Source: Bugula neritina
Lineage: Eukaryota; Animalia; Bryozoa
Direction of reading: 5' to 3'
Length of the DNA stretch: 64,000 nt
Assembly: GCA_964035545.1 (NCBI GenBank)
Contig: OZ037769.1
Span: 4,569,929-4,633,928, forward strand
The notes beneath the pieces are model-generated. The model worked only from the letters and a program-made list of their open reading frames with translations. It was not told the DNA's origin and made no database searches. Shown in pieces: positions 34,951 through 55,506 of the stretch. Numbering within the stretch: the stretch's first letter is position 1; the number at the start of each line of letters is the position of its first letter. Made by a program: the position numbers and the translations under genes.

Positions 34951-35938
34951 TAACCTAAACTAATTTCTCTCGACAACAAAACCTTTTTTGCTACATTTTT
35001 AATTTAGAACACAGGCTTTTCTCAATTTCTCCATTACTATGCCTACATCTCATGCAAAGGGTTGAATAATCGCGCAGCTTGAGCTTGCATTGCATTATTG
35101 ATGCGATACTGCACATATATAGTTGTCTTCTTACTTACTTACTTATATACTAGCTTGACTTGACTGAAAAGTTCCGGCTAGGAAGAAGTAGCTTATAAAA
35201 TTAAGTGAGCTAATCTTTTCACAATGATGTATATTAAATGTACTAAAATTATATTTTAAATACGAAACATTGTTGCAGCCTTTTGTAAGAGGTGAATTTA
35301 TTTGAGACTTGGAGAAGTTATTTAAGAAGCTTGGAGCTTGTATGTTTTAGAATATTGACTTTTGTAGGAAATTTGCACATAATATGTAGTTTGATTTTTG
35401 TGTAAAAGGTACTATAAATTGTGACATGGTTATATAATCTTCCACTATAGTTCGAATTAATTGCAATAACTGTTCATTATTGTAATGTTTAGCTTTATCT
35501 ATGAGTTTTATCACCTTTTTATATGGAGGTTACGCCCAGTTGGAGTTTTCAGCACTTGACATAATTGTAATGTATGTCTATTTTAATTTATAGATTATAT
35601 ACTAAAAAAATGGATAAATTAGAGTTCACAGAAGTTTGAAATGGTATTTTTATTCTGATTTTATTGGTCAGAATAATAATATAATATGCAAATAATTAGC
35701 AATAAGTTAACTCACATAAGTATTTGGTTATAGAACTTTCTCTTATAACAAACCAAGACTCAGAAATAAAGTATTGCAGTGATATTAAATAGATAGCTGC
35801 TTAACAATTTACTATATATCAATATATGCAAATTAAAAGTTAAAACTAAATTATAATGAATTAAAATATAATATACTGTATCTCTATACAAGCTGCCACT
35901 TCATTGTCACAACCCAGTCTATAGGCTAGGTGTTCTAG

Positions 35939-37235
35939 TCACTCAGACTTGCAAGAGTTGCAAATAAAGAAATTAATGATTCGCTTTTTCAAATTAACTG
36001 GTCGTTCAACTTCTTCCACTCGAGTATCCAGTCTATCTGTAAACATAAAAGTACTCGATAAGCAGAGGTATACATTCTGAATTTATATTCTACTACAAAA
36101 TAAAACTTAATACTCAATTTACGCAAGTTATTAAGTTCGAGATTATAACTACTTCAAGATGGTCATGTGACTATAACTGTTAGCATATAAACATATTTAC
36201 TTACAATAGACACTCCTGCAGTCACTCATGTCCTCATCAAGTTGAAAGTTGGTGGATATATCTTCTTTGGTCAATGTATCCACTCTGTTGTACTTTATCA
36301 CTCTGTCTGGTAACTTCTCTACTCTGTCTGGGAGGTTGATACAAACATCGCTAATACTTTTCACACATGGGACTTTGCACCTTTCTCTGTCACCTTGACC
36401 TTTGATTTCATCAACTACCTCTAGCATTGAATTTGGTACATTGAGCTGCTCCTTTACATGGTTCTTAATAGATCTTTGTAAAAAGTTATGGTTAAGCTTT
36501 TTGTATAGACTCATCAGTTTGTCAACTTCTGGAGTGACTGTCAACTTCATTTGAACTTTCATGATGTCATTCCTTCTTAGATATAGATGTAGTGTACTGG
36601 AAAAATAGATATCCATTATATTGTCGTTATTGTTTTGCAATTTATAAACTACTAGTTTATTTTACAAAATCTTATCTCATATCTTGCAATATTCACATTT
36701 TGAAGGTATTAGATCATGTATGGTTACTTTCCCTAGACAGCTAACTGACCTAGGAGTGGTAGTGTGACAGTAGACAGGTACTCACCTAATATGCCTGTTC
36801 TTGATTTCAAATTTTAGAGACCGTTGTACAAAGTTAAAGTTAAGCTTTTCATACAAAATAGCTAACTTTAGCTCCATTCTCTCCTTTTTAATTATTGCAG
36901 ACCTCTTTTCATCCCTTTTCCGTGCACTGAAAATGAAAACAAATATTGTGAGTTACAATTATAATTATTATATGGTACTACAGCTTCCAAAATATCTGAT
37001 TCTTGTACAAAGATCTACTGTAGAACATTCAACAGTCAAAGCGTAGAACCTTCAAGTTATAAATCATTTTCCAGAACATGGTATATATATACAGTCTACT
37101 TATCTTATAGGAGTAGTAATACAATTTTATACAGTGTACTCACCTATGAGTAGTAAAACGGTAATACACAGCCATTACAAAAACTAGCCAGAATAATTGG
37201 CAGCACAATGGTTCATTAAATATAAAGACTTCCAT
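35939..37235 (-). CDS. Uncharacterised 240-aa protein, copy B
   Basis: Exons 37235-37144, 36926-36786, 36596-36205, 36036-35939 (723 nt). Differs from copy A by substitutions, one 3-nt indel and a TGA instead of TAA stop. Confidence 0.72.
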
Positions 37236-39706
37236 AGTTTCACAAATCAAGCAAGAATCTCTGCTGACTGTCAATTAAGAGTAAATTTTGAATACGTTGT
37301 GTCAGCGTTATGGCATCAATGATTGTCTTTCTTAATGTAATGACATTCTTTAGGATTTAATGCAGATATTATACTGCACATTGTTTTATATTTTATACTG
37401 TATTTTGGAACCCAATTCTATTTAATGGGGATAAATAAAAATGTTCAATTCAAGAAAAGACAACTTCAGTTTTCTTTCAAATTAATAATTGCTAATGACA
37501 AATACAGAAAAGGAGTTTGCAGAGTTTTTAAGTATTAGCCTAGCATAATGCACTAAAATATATTATAAGTACATATAGTTTGCACATATAACATATTATG
37601 CAGTCAACATTCAAATATAAAGAATATTTACTCTAAACTTAAAAACGTCCTTGTGAGAATTTTTCAAAAGTGAACTTATCAAAGGAAAAAGATGTGAGTG
37701 AATTCTACTCAAACAACTTAAGAGTTTACTAAACTTCATTCAATTCAGTTGCGTTGTACAGAATATATAATCATGAGTTTACTTATAAACAACTGTTTGA
37801 TGATAAAGTGGAATATGCCAAACTAAATAAAGTTTGGTTAGCAATCTTGATCAAACTCTTCAACTAACAAAAATAACTTGCCAAACATATATTAAAATGT
37901 AAAAAAATTACAACTCAATCACAATGTCTACCACAAATTCGACTCATTTATTTGCTACTTCCTTAACCTTCAATTTATCTGCCATTGTTGACTAGTTTTC
38001 TGTCACATTTGACCTTCTTATTTACTGAAGAGATTTTGTCTTTTCACAGTCTATCAGGAGAAATTAATACAGTTGAGTTATAAGAGTTGCAATGTTTATG
38101 AAAAGCAACACTTCAAATGATAAAAATGAAGTCAATAAGTTTATTATGAAATAAACTATACAATTATGTCATAGATTGGCTTGAGTTTTGTTATATAAAA
38201 TCATATTATAATAATGCAGATAAAATTAAATTTTCAACTTTCTAAAACAATATTCATAATTTAATTACTTGAAACTATATTTTGGATTGCCAAGAATCTG
38301 GAAAGTTAAATGCATACATTAGCAAATGAAAAAAATTGATGCAAAATTCTACTTATACACGTTACTGGATAAGCAACCACAGAGAAGTCTTGCAGTTATA
38401 GAAACATAATCTGTAATGTTCAAAATAGTTTAATTTTAACAGACAAGCTGCTTAAGGCCAGTTTGCTAGTTAGAGTTCATCTTTCTGCATGTTTCGGTTT
38501 TCTTGATTTTCTAAAAATATAGCAACAGAGAAAATTGAATTTAAATCAAAAATAGGCAGATTATACGCAACTAAAAATTGAGTTTATGCTGGTGCCTGAA
38601 AACCAGTGCTTTGAACAGATATGGTTTATTAGCTTGGGAAGATAACTCATATAGGAGAAGGAAAACTCTTACCCCAAATGTCTGCTGCCTTGCCTTAACA
38701 ATTATATAAAAAATATAAATAATTACCTGCAGATGATGGTCTCTGATCAGCATGTCTTTGCAATTTTCTAGCATCATGTAAACTTCCGAGTTTCATTAAC
38801 CTCTCTTTGTTAGGAGTTGTTATCACTTGTATGTTATTATTGTTTATTTCAAGGAAACTGTCACTCTCAGTGGTGAACTCAGGCCATGCTGGTGTTCCTT
38901 TTGGTAAAGCTACCGGAACATTTGGGTTTCTTAAAACACAAATAAATAAGTCATGTTTGAAAAGCTGCTTCAAAACTTATTCAGCACAAACAGGTGGGGG
39001 GGGGGGGGCAGCAGTCAATTGTATAATTTTTACAAACCTGTATATATAACTCATCAAAATGTTTTATTATTATTTTATGCTTTTGAGAAATTTAGGTCAA
39101 TAATATTAGCATGAATATAGCTTACGTCCTAATTTAAAAATTACTATTCTTCTTTGCAATTATGTGCAGCAATTATCAAACAAATTTTTTAAGCTGAAAA
39201 CTTGTAAAAAAATACTGGAGAATACAAAACACAGCAGTTAAAGTATATACTCATATAAATATTTTTAGTGTCAAACTATATAAATTCATGTTGGAATTAA
39301 TATTAACATATCTAACTTATGACACCAAAGTTTAAAATTCGCAGCTAAAAAATATAATAATGCAATGTATCCTGTACTAGTAAAATTTCAGTTGAAACGA
39401 CAAACCAATGTTCATTGCAGTTGTTTCTTGCTCAAATTGCAGTTAAGTTACCGTATGTCATCATCTTTTAAAATCTGACATTGTATTCAGTGCTTCACTT
39501 ACCCTGATTTAGCAAAGTTTGTCCACATAGTCATCATACTCAAAGAAAGAGGGGTCATTTCTTCACTAATGCCATTCATAAACTGCTCTATAAATTCATC
39601 AGCTTCAGTGATTTCTAGAAAAAATATTAACATGAAAAATAAATAAGTACCAATTGTTGGTGTTCTGGCTGCTTTGTAGAATATCATTCTGTTTAAAACT
39701 CACTCA

Positions 39707-40083
39707 AGTTTATAGTCGCCATCCCTGTGAGAAACCCTAGAGAGCAGCTGTGGTCTAGGGCTTAGGGCACTTGCCTAGTAAAGTAAACACGAAATCATGG
39801 ATTTGAGTGGACAAAGACCATTGGTGATGTTAGGAAGAGCATCCAGTCATAATTGCTCCTGTGCCTCATTTAAAAATGTTTTTAGCCTGCTTTAACAAAA
39901 TCCCTTTCTATTGAGAGTTTATCACAAGGGTAGCGACTATAAACTTCCCTGGGTTTTATCCCTGTGAGAACCTCTGAGAGAAATTGTTTTAGAATTGGGC
40001 TAAAGACTTATTCAAATAGGGCACAGAAGCAACTATGACTGGATGCTCCTCCTATCATTACCAATGGCTTTCAACCCATGACT
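39707..40083. mobile_element. Nested, oppositely oriented family-2 SINE copies in CE5 intron 7
   Basis: Plus copy at 39743-39946 lies between the tail (39707-39740) and body (39957-40083) of a minus copy; absent from the 114-bp equivalent CE4 intron. Confidence 0.78.
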
Positions 40084-41814
40084 TTTACTAATTCAAATAA
40101 TCTAAACTCTCAACATGAGTCACGAGAAACAAAAGGAAAAATAACAGAAGCCTTACTTTTCCAAATGTCGTTTTTCTCCATGTCCTTCTTGATCAACGTA
40201 CAACCAAACATAAAAGGAATCTCATCTGCATGATCTGCACTTGTTTTCAGCCAGTCTGGCATTGACCACAGTGGGTTTGGAGGGTTAGGTTTATACTCTT
40301 CAGTGAAGTAGTAAGCGTAGGTTGAAGTTTCACCTGTAGAATGCTGCTGTAGTTGATTCACTCCTCCTTCATTGAAAAACATTTCACCTGAAACACAGCA
40401 AATATAATTTTTTCTTCATAAGTATAATTTTGAAGTTTTGATAATCAAGTAATAAAAAATAGTCAACGCATAAAAAATTAGATTTGTCATATATGCAAAA
40501 ATTAAAGAAATGTTTCCTCCCTGCCTATGGAAATCCCCTGAAATAAATAAATTGGTCGCTTGTCTGTGAAGATTTCTTTACTATATTAAAATTAATATTT
40601 AAAACAATTGCTCCTAAATTCAAAGTATATATTATTCCAAACAAAAACTACAGCATTATTTATCCCATTTACCGATGCAGCACAAAATTTCATGTCACAA
40701 ACAATGAGCTATACATTAGTGAAATAAATCATTGCTTCCAAAAGCAAAACAAACAACCACATTGCTAGAAGTTTTACAAAAATATGGAAGTGTAAACATG
40801 AGACAGTAGTTGTTCCAGTTGCATAACTCTCAATTATAACTATAGTGGCTTTTAGAATGGCATGTTTGTTTCAAAATATGACATGCTATAAATAGGTATG
40901 ACTTCTGTCCTGCAATAATTCTGTTTGTTGCACAATAAAAATATTTCAGCCTCATTTGTTACAACTCAGTGGTTTCTAAAGTCTACCACTGTGCAATAAA
41001 CAATAAATAATAAGCTCGTTAACTCAAATTTAATATAAGGATTTTAATAATTTTTGTACAAATACCTAAAGATGTTACTAATCTGGCAGCTCTTTCCCTG
41101 TCATCATCTGTTTTATCTATTTTATAAGTACTGATAATCCAGTCAGCACAGAGATTTGGTGAAAATGGTGTTATCTGAGTCAGACATTTTATTCTGAGTG
41201 ATTCTCTCACCACTTCCATGTCTACTCCGTGTTCAAAGATGGATTTGTTCAGAGCTTGAGCAACCAACGCTGTTTCAAAAGAATAAAACAGCCCACCTTC
41301 TTGTCCATTGAAACCAAGCATCAGATCAAACCTGCAATGGCAAGAATAGCTAAACTTAATAAACGTTGTATCAGCACTTATTATAACAACACAAAACAAA
41401 ATGTTTTGCATTAACTTGCCTATTAGAAACATCATAGCTTTCCTTTGAAACTACTTCATCTGCAAAGAAATCATCATCAGCTACGGGCACCAAGAAATTT
41501 AGTGTCTTAATTTGTGTCACAATTTCTTCTGCTGTTTTGCTGGCAAGACATTCGTAAGCTGATAATTTAACATCACAGCTTGTACTCTCTCTGATAGACT
41601 GTTCCCACTTGTATCTCATGTTATCGGATTGACCAAACATCATATATGCTGTTCCAGACTATAAAATAGTGTGATCTGTTCATTGGCTTTCAGAAAGTGA
41701 ATATGTAGATAGAATGTAGCAAATATCTTTTACATATATATTATATGTGAGTTTTTAATACGATATCAAGCAGTTTGAAGTCAGAGATTAGATGATACAC
41801 TTATAAATGAACTA

Positions 41815-42045
<231 letters not shown>

Positions 42046-42419
42046 TTATAATTTACTTCCCAGTATTTAAATGCAAAAACCTTATGAATTACATTTATAG
42101 CAAGTTTGAAATTTTACTACCAGCTGGTGATCTTACCTTTTTCAACAGCCAGAAACCCAAGGACACCTAGTCTGTAGTTAATGGAGACTGTAATAACGTC
42201 ACCAGTTGTGGCCAAAGCAACACCAACATATGCACTTCCAGAGCCCATTACATAACCACCTCCATGGATCCACACCATGACTGGTTTCTTAGCATCTGGC
42301 TGGACACCTCCAGGAACTGTGATGTCCATGAAAAGACAGTCTTCTTCGCCAGCAAATGTGTTTTTAGCTTTAAAAAATTGAGAATGAAAGCACATAAAAC
42401 TCTAGTAATGACATTATTG

Positions 42420-42594
<175 letters not shown>

Positions 42595-45500
42595 TATTAA
42601 TATAGCAAAACCGAGTCACAAGTAACAATAAATTAATATTCCTCACCTGGGTCTATCTGTGGGCATGCTGCTCCAGGGGCTTTAGCGTCTTGAACTCCTT
42701 TCCATTCTTCAGCTTCTTCTGTTTTTTTAAATCTAAGTTTACCAACTGGTGGCTTAGCATACCTGACACCTGTAATCAACATGTTTAATTTATTATGAAA
42801 GAAACAAAACAACTGCAATGTTAGCTTAAATACAGAGTTACGGACAAAAATATATGATAGTGGGGAGATAATTATCAAGTATAATGAACAGCACTGGTAT
42901 ATCATTGCTTGCAATGGAGATCCATCCCATTAGGTGGATTTGCTTTTGGTTTTATTAACTTATGCTTGTGGTTTCAATAGATGCAAGTAAGTTTCTAAAC
43001 ATCAAATGAAAAATATATTCCCATATTGCAAAGCGATGAAAAGACAGGAATTAGTTCAGCTGAAATCTTGAACATTTTGTTTAACATGATTCATTCGCAT
43101 AAGCTACAAATTTCATTATGCATTTGCAAGGACCACTTGTAGTCAAACTAAACGTCACTTCGTAGGCTAGACTTGATTGATCTCAGATAACATACAGTTA
43201 TAATTTTGTGTATCTTTCTGATTACAGAGGGCAGTTAATAAACTCTTAGAAACAGTAAACTTTACTGATAGCATATTATAACACTAAAGCTATAATGTTT
43301 ATATTTACTCAGTAGCTATGCTAGCTGTCCTGATAACCTTTGAAATTCTGAAATTGCTATCTACTCAAAACATCAACCTGGGCATAACATGATATGCTGG
43401 TAGTTTACAGTAGCACTAACTAGCACATACAATACAAGTTAAAATTAAAACTGGTTAATGCATGCAAGTGAAAGTAGTTTTAGGTTTAAAATTTAAAATA
43501 TGAACACTGATTGTGAAAATATGCATAATATCTGTAATATTTACAGTAGTAGAACTCAACATAATATACTGCAGATCTTGTGGATAGAGGACATAATCAT
43601 AACTCATAAGCAATAAGGAAACATGTTTTGAAGGTTGTTTATTAAAAATTGTAAAAAATTACCATTCATACATTTAGCATGACTCATCGTATTGTAACAC
43701 TGTAGTTGCTTAGCAATTAAGTGCAGTAACTACCAAATTTCAATAACCAAGGTATCTAATTATCTTTATCAATTTTGGTTTGAGGCATGGGTTAAAACTA
43801 TCATAAAAAGATAAATAATTTTGCTCTATTATTTAACCTAGAGCAAAGCTTTCCCAATTTCCCATCTAATTCTTAATCAGCTACTAAACTATACATGTTG
43901 ACAAAGATTTAATGCAGTTTATATATGTATGTCATGCACTACTAACTAGTTTATATACAATGGCAGACGACAATGCCATTTGACTTATCACAAACTATAA
44001 GTCTGATAGTTGAAATGCTGTAAAACTCATCATTATGTCAGAAGCAATTATTACTCAGTCAGGTTAGGACTTCAGTAATAGATTTATAACCACTATGCAA
44101 ATGTCAAGTATTTATGGTTCTCAAACTTAGTGATAGTAGTATGTTAGTTACAAAGTACAATACAAATAGTATAGTCTGCTAATGTAAAGTGTTCTCTGTT
44201 GTAAGTTGCATGTTACAGTGTTGTTAGTTTGGTTTAAGTTATTGTTTTAGTATTTTTGAAATATCTGTTACTTTTTTCATAGTCTCCGTTTTATAAGTAT
44301 GTGTTGCAAAGTTTTTCGCAACGATACCACCATTTAGTAAGTATCAGAATATATAAATGTGAGAACTTAGCTCATTAAAATGCATGTCTGATTAGTCATG
44401 TGATGTCAAAGAACAAATTATTAAAAAGAAATTTCAGAGATATTCAAGGCATTAGACCACACATATAAATTATTACACAAGTACAAAAATATTCACAATA
44501 TATGCCTTGAAGTAGTAGATGGCGCTGTGGTATAGAGCCTAGTCAATGTGCATTTGTGGACGTATAATTTTCTAAAACTTGATTTTGAAAACTTGAAATA
44601 TAAACTCAAGGCTCATAAACTAGAGATATGAAACAAGCGAATGTAGAAAAGTTGCACAACTACATGTATACTTCAGATATGAAATAAGATAATTAACATA
44701 GAAAAGGCTGCATCACTTATAAAAGCATATATATGATGCAGTTAAACTCACATATGGTGAATTTACCATTGATACATACAGTACTTCTGATTAGCTTAAT
44801 TTTGCCTTGACTAGTAGACATAGACTAAAACACATGACATATTATATGTAGACAAGTGACAGATATTTATTGAATATTTACATATTATAGTTTCACTTTA
44901 GGCATTTAGCAAGAGAAGTTGTTGAAATCAATAAGTTAGTGACTCACCCAGAAAGAGGTCGACTTTAGAGTCTAGAAATGTAGTGCTGACTCCTCAGAGT
45001 TGTCCACCATGACTCAATGTCACTATAGGGTCAGCAGCAGACGTGCAGTAGACTAACAGACAGATAACTGTAGTCTTTAGTAAAATGGATGCCATACTGC
45101 TATGTTTGCAGTCAAATAGATGAACTAAGAAATGTCTGTAGGATATTTAGATTGCAGTTTCTGTGTGTTTTCTAGACAGCCAATAAGTGATGCTATGACA
45201 GATTACTGAGCTAATGATTGGTCACTTATCTACTCTCTTAGTAATTGCTCAACAAGTATTATACCGGCAATCTATAAACTGTATTAAGCACTAATACAAA
45301 CAACTCTGCTGTACATATCATATTGCATCACTATATGCTGACCTTTAGCTAGTGTAGTTACTTGAGAGTTTTTAGGACAACATTAAACATATAAATACTC
45401 TAACTTGGTTTCAATTTGCACATATGAGAGAATTCATTCCCAATAATAGTATATACTGTTTTAGAAGTAATTTGCATACATCTGCATAATTTTGGATTGC

Positions 45501-46582
45501 CTGAGTCCTTTAATTTTCTGTATGAATTCTGCTTACGGTGGGGATTAGTGAGTTGACTTAAATTTACAAAGCTAGTGAAATAAATACAAATAAACGTATC
45601 AACAAAGCATTCATGGATTAGATATTTCTAATCCTATAGTACTGTATGTTCATTTTAGATGTGAGAAACTAACAGATTTTGCAAGATATTATAGCCAATA
45701 ATGCTTCATTTGTATATTTTGCAACCAAGTTTGAAACTTTTTGAATCAGAAATAATTTATGTTACACATTAAGTAGTTGAAAGATTTATAATTTATTGTT
45801 GTCTTTTTTACCAAGGAGCATTCCAGTTGAATACTCCATTAAACATGTGATGCACAGACAACAAAATTTATAACATTGCAATGTTTAGGTTGCGCTATAA
45901 TGAATATAGAAACAACAGTGAACACAATTTATGTAAAATGCATTAGGTACAATCTTAAAAACTTGCACATCAGCGCATCACAAACAATTGTTTCCAATCA
46001 GTTGAAAATTTATCTTGTTATTTAAGCTAAAAATTAAGTTTGTTATCTAACAACATCCAGATTTTGCCGTTCAGTTGAAGTCTTGTCATTAATAATTAGG
46101 ATTTCAAAATTGGTAAACAGCACAACTACTGCCTTAAAATATGAACAATTTACATGCTTGGCTCATCATTGCAGTTATACATAATTTAGAAAACTTTACT
46201 TAAAATTTTCAACAACATCATTCATGTAAGTCACTATACGATTACAACGTTCATCTTTTCTAATGCAGCATTCAAATATCTCGTAAAATAAAAGCACTTC
46301 AAAAATTTGTAACCAACAACAGTTTGGAATGCATAAAGCGTGTTAATTCTTTGATTTTGCTTAAGCTATGCAATTCTTTAATTCTAGTTGTAGGTAATGC
46401 TGCCTTTTTCTTGTCATCATTATATTGCAATTGCTTTTGTTAATGGCTATTGTTATAAGTAATACTCCCATTATCATCTCTACCACCATGAATGAATCTC
46501 TATCATTATTATTGTCATTATTAATGCATTAGTGTTTATTATACTTTTCTATAAACACTAAATTATACATAATTAGAAGCTT

Positions 46583-54235
<7,653 letters not shown>

Positions 54236-55506
54236 GTGTTGCTAATGTACGTGATACAGTGACGAACTAGTGCTAGCTGGTACTTTATGCGTAATGAATA
54301 GCCCATGTCATCATCAATATCACTACTGAGTTCTTATCACGACTGATGACCTTTAAGCCGCATGGCTATAGCCTATACTAATAATGAATATATCAAAGTA
54401 TCAAGATAATATTACAAAATCTATTTGCATTTTCCTATTGCTTACGGATTAAGTGTCACGCATCATTTACCACATTCTATTTACATCGGTGTAGCCTTAG
54501 TGCGCCAGAATTAAGTGTAGCCATGCATGCCGATTAAGGTTAATCTACTAACTTAGCATAACATGCATGTACTAGAGCATAAGTCTAAATCGCAATAGAG
54601 TTGCGGGCTGAAATTGTTCTAAAAGCAGCTCCGAGTTAGGGGTGACTGAATGCAATAGTTTAGAGCTGGGATCCCCCAACTCTTAACTCAAGAACCCCAA
54701 CTACTGCACCCAGTCATCTCAACTAGCAGCTGCCTATAAAAGAGCTCCACTGATTATGCCCGGAAGAGGATTGAAATATAGCTTTCAAACCATGTTATCT
54801 GAAATTGTGAGAGGTATAGTCCTTGGACTGCCTGAAATCCAGTGAACTTGCGAGAATTGCAGCTATTGACATGCATGAGTTAACATTCTCAACATAACTT
54901 TCTTATTTGATTGATATTGACTGCAATTCCCGCACAGATATTACTTTCAAACTTTAAAAATTTGCTTTAAAACTCAAAAGTCAAAAAGTTAGCTTTGTAA
55001 TAAAGTATTCACAAAAAATGAGTTATTGACAAATTTAAGCAGGTCTTGAAGCAACTATTTGATATCACTACAGATTAAAGCCATGCTTCTATACCGGGTT
55101 TTGGGTTTCCCCAAGACAGCAGAATTCATGTATGTAAACCTTTACTTATGTAATGCTTGCCAGAACACATTTCATAATAAAGCAAATTCATAGCTTGAAA
55201 TGCCTCTTATCAAGCTTTGATTTACTTTGCACTGACTTTCTAGATCTAACTTACTTCAGTCCTAGCTGTGAGTTTTTAGCAAAATAATAGGAGTGGTACG
55301 ATGAATTAGTGAAAGTTTATTGAAGTATAAATAGGTACATCATGAAAATCTATGAGATATTAAAACTACTTTTTATTTAAATGTATTCTGATTTTTGTAA
55401 ATTGTTTTTAGTAGATTATGCAGAAACCTGAAAACTGAAATAAATAAATTAGCATAAGTTCTAAAGACAAATTTGGGAACATTCAGAAATTTCAAATATT
55501 TGGCTT

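Noticed and set aside
42933-42992. Signal-peptide-like plus-strand segment (LLLVLLTYACGFNRC + GTAAGT) in CE5 intron 1
   Set aside because: Wrong strand to serve CE5, no in-frame ATG, and no downstream exons found.
44994-44996. Selenocysteine recoding of the CE5 TGA
   Set aside because: The homologous residue is Gln/Arg rather than Cys, the position is non-catalytic, and I cannot identify a SECIS.
54847-54937. Short imperfect inverted repeat (TGCGAGAATTGCAG ... CTGCAATTCCCGCA) upstream of CE6
   Set aside because: Single copy with no TSD or family evidence in the window; cannot be called a MITE or regulatory element.
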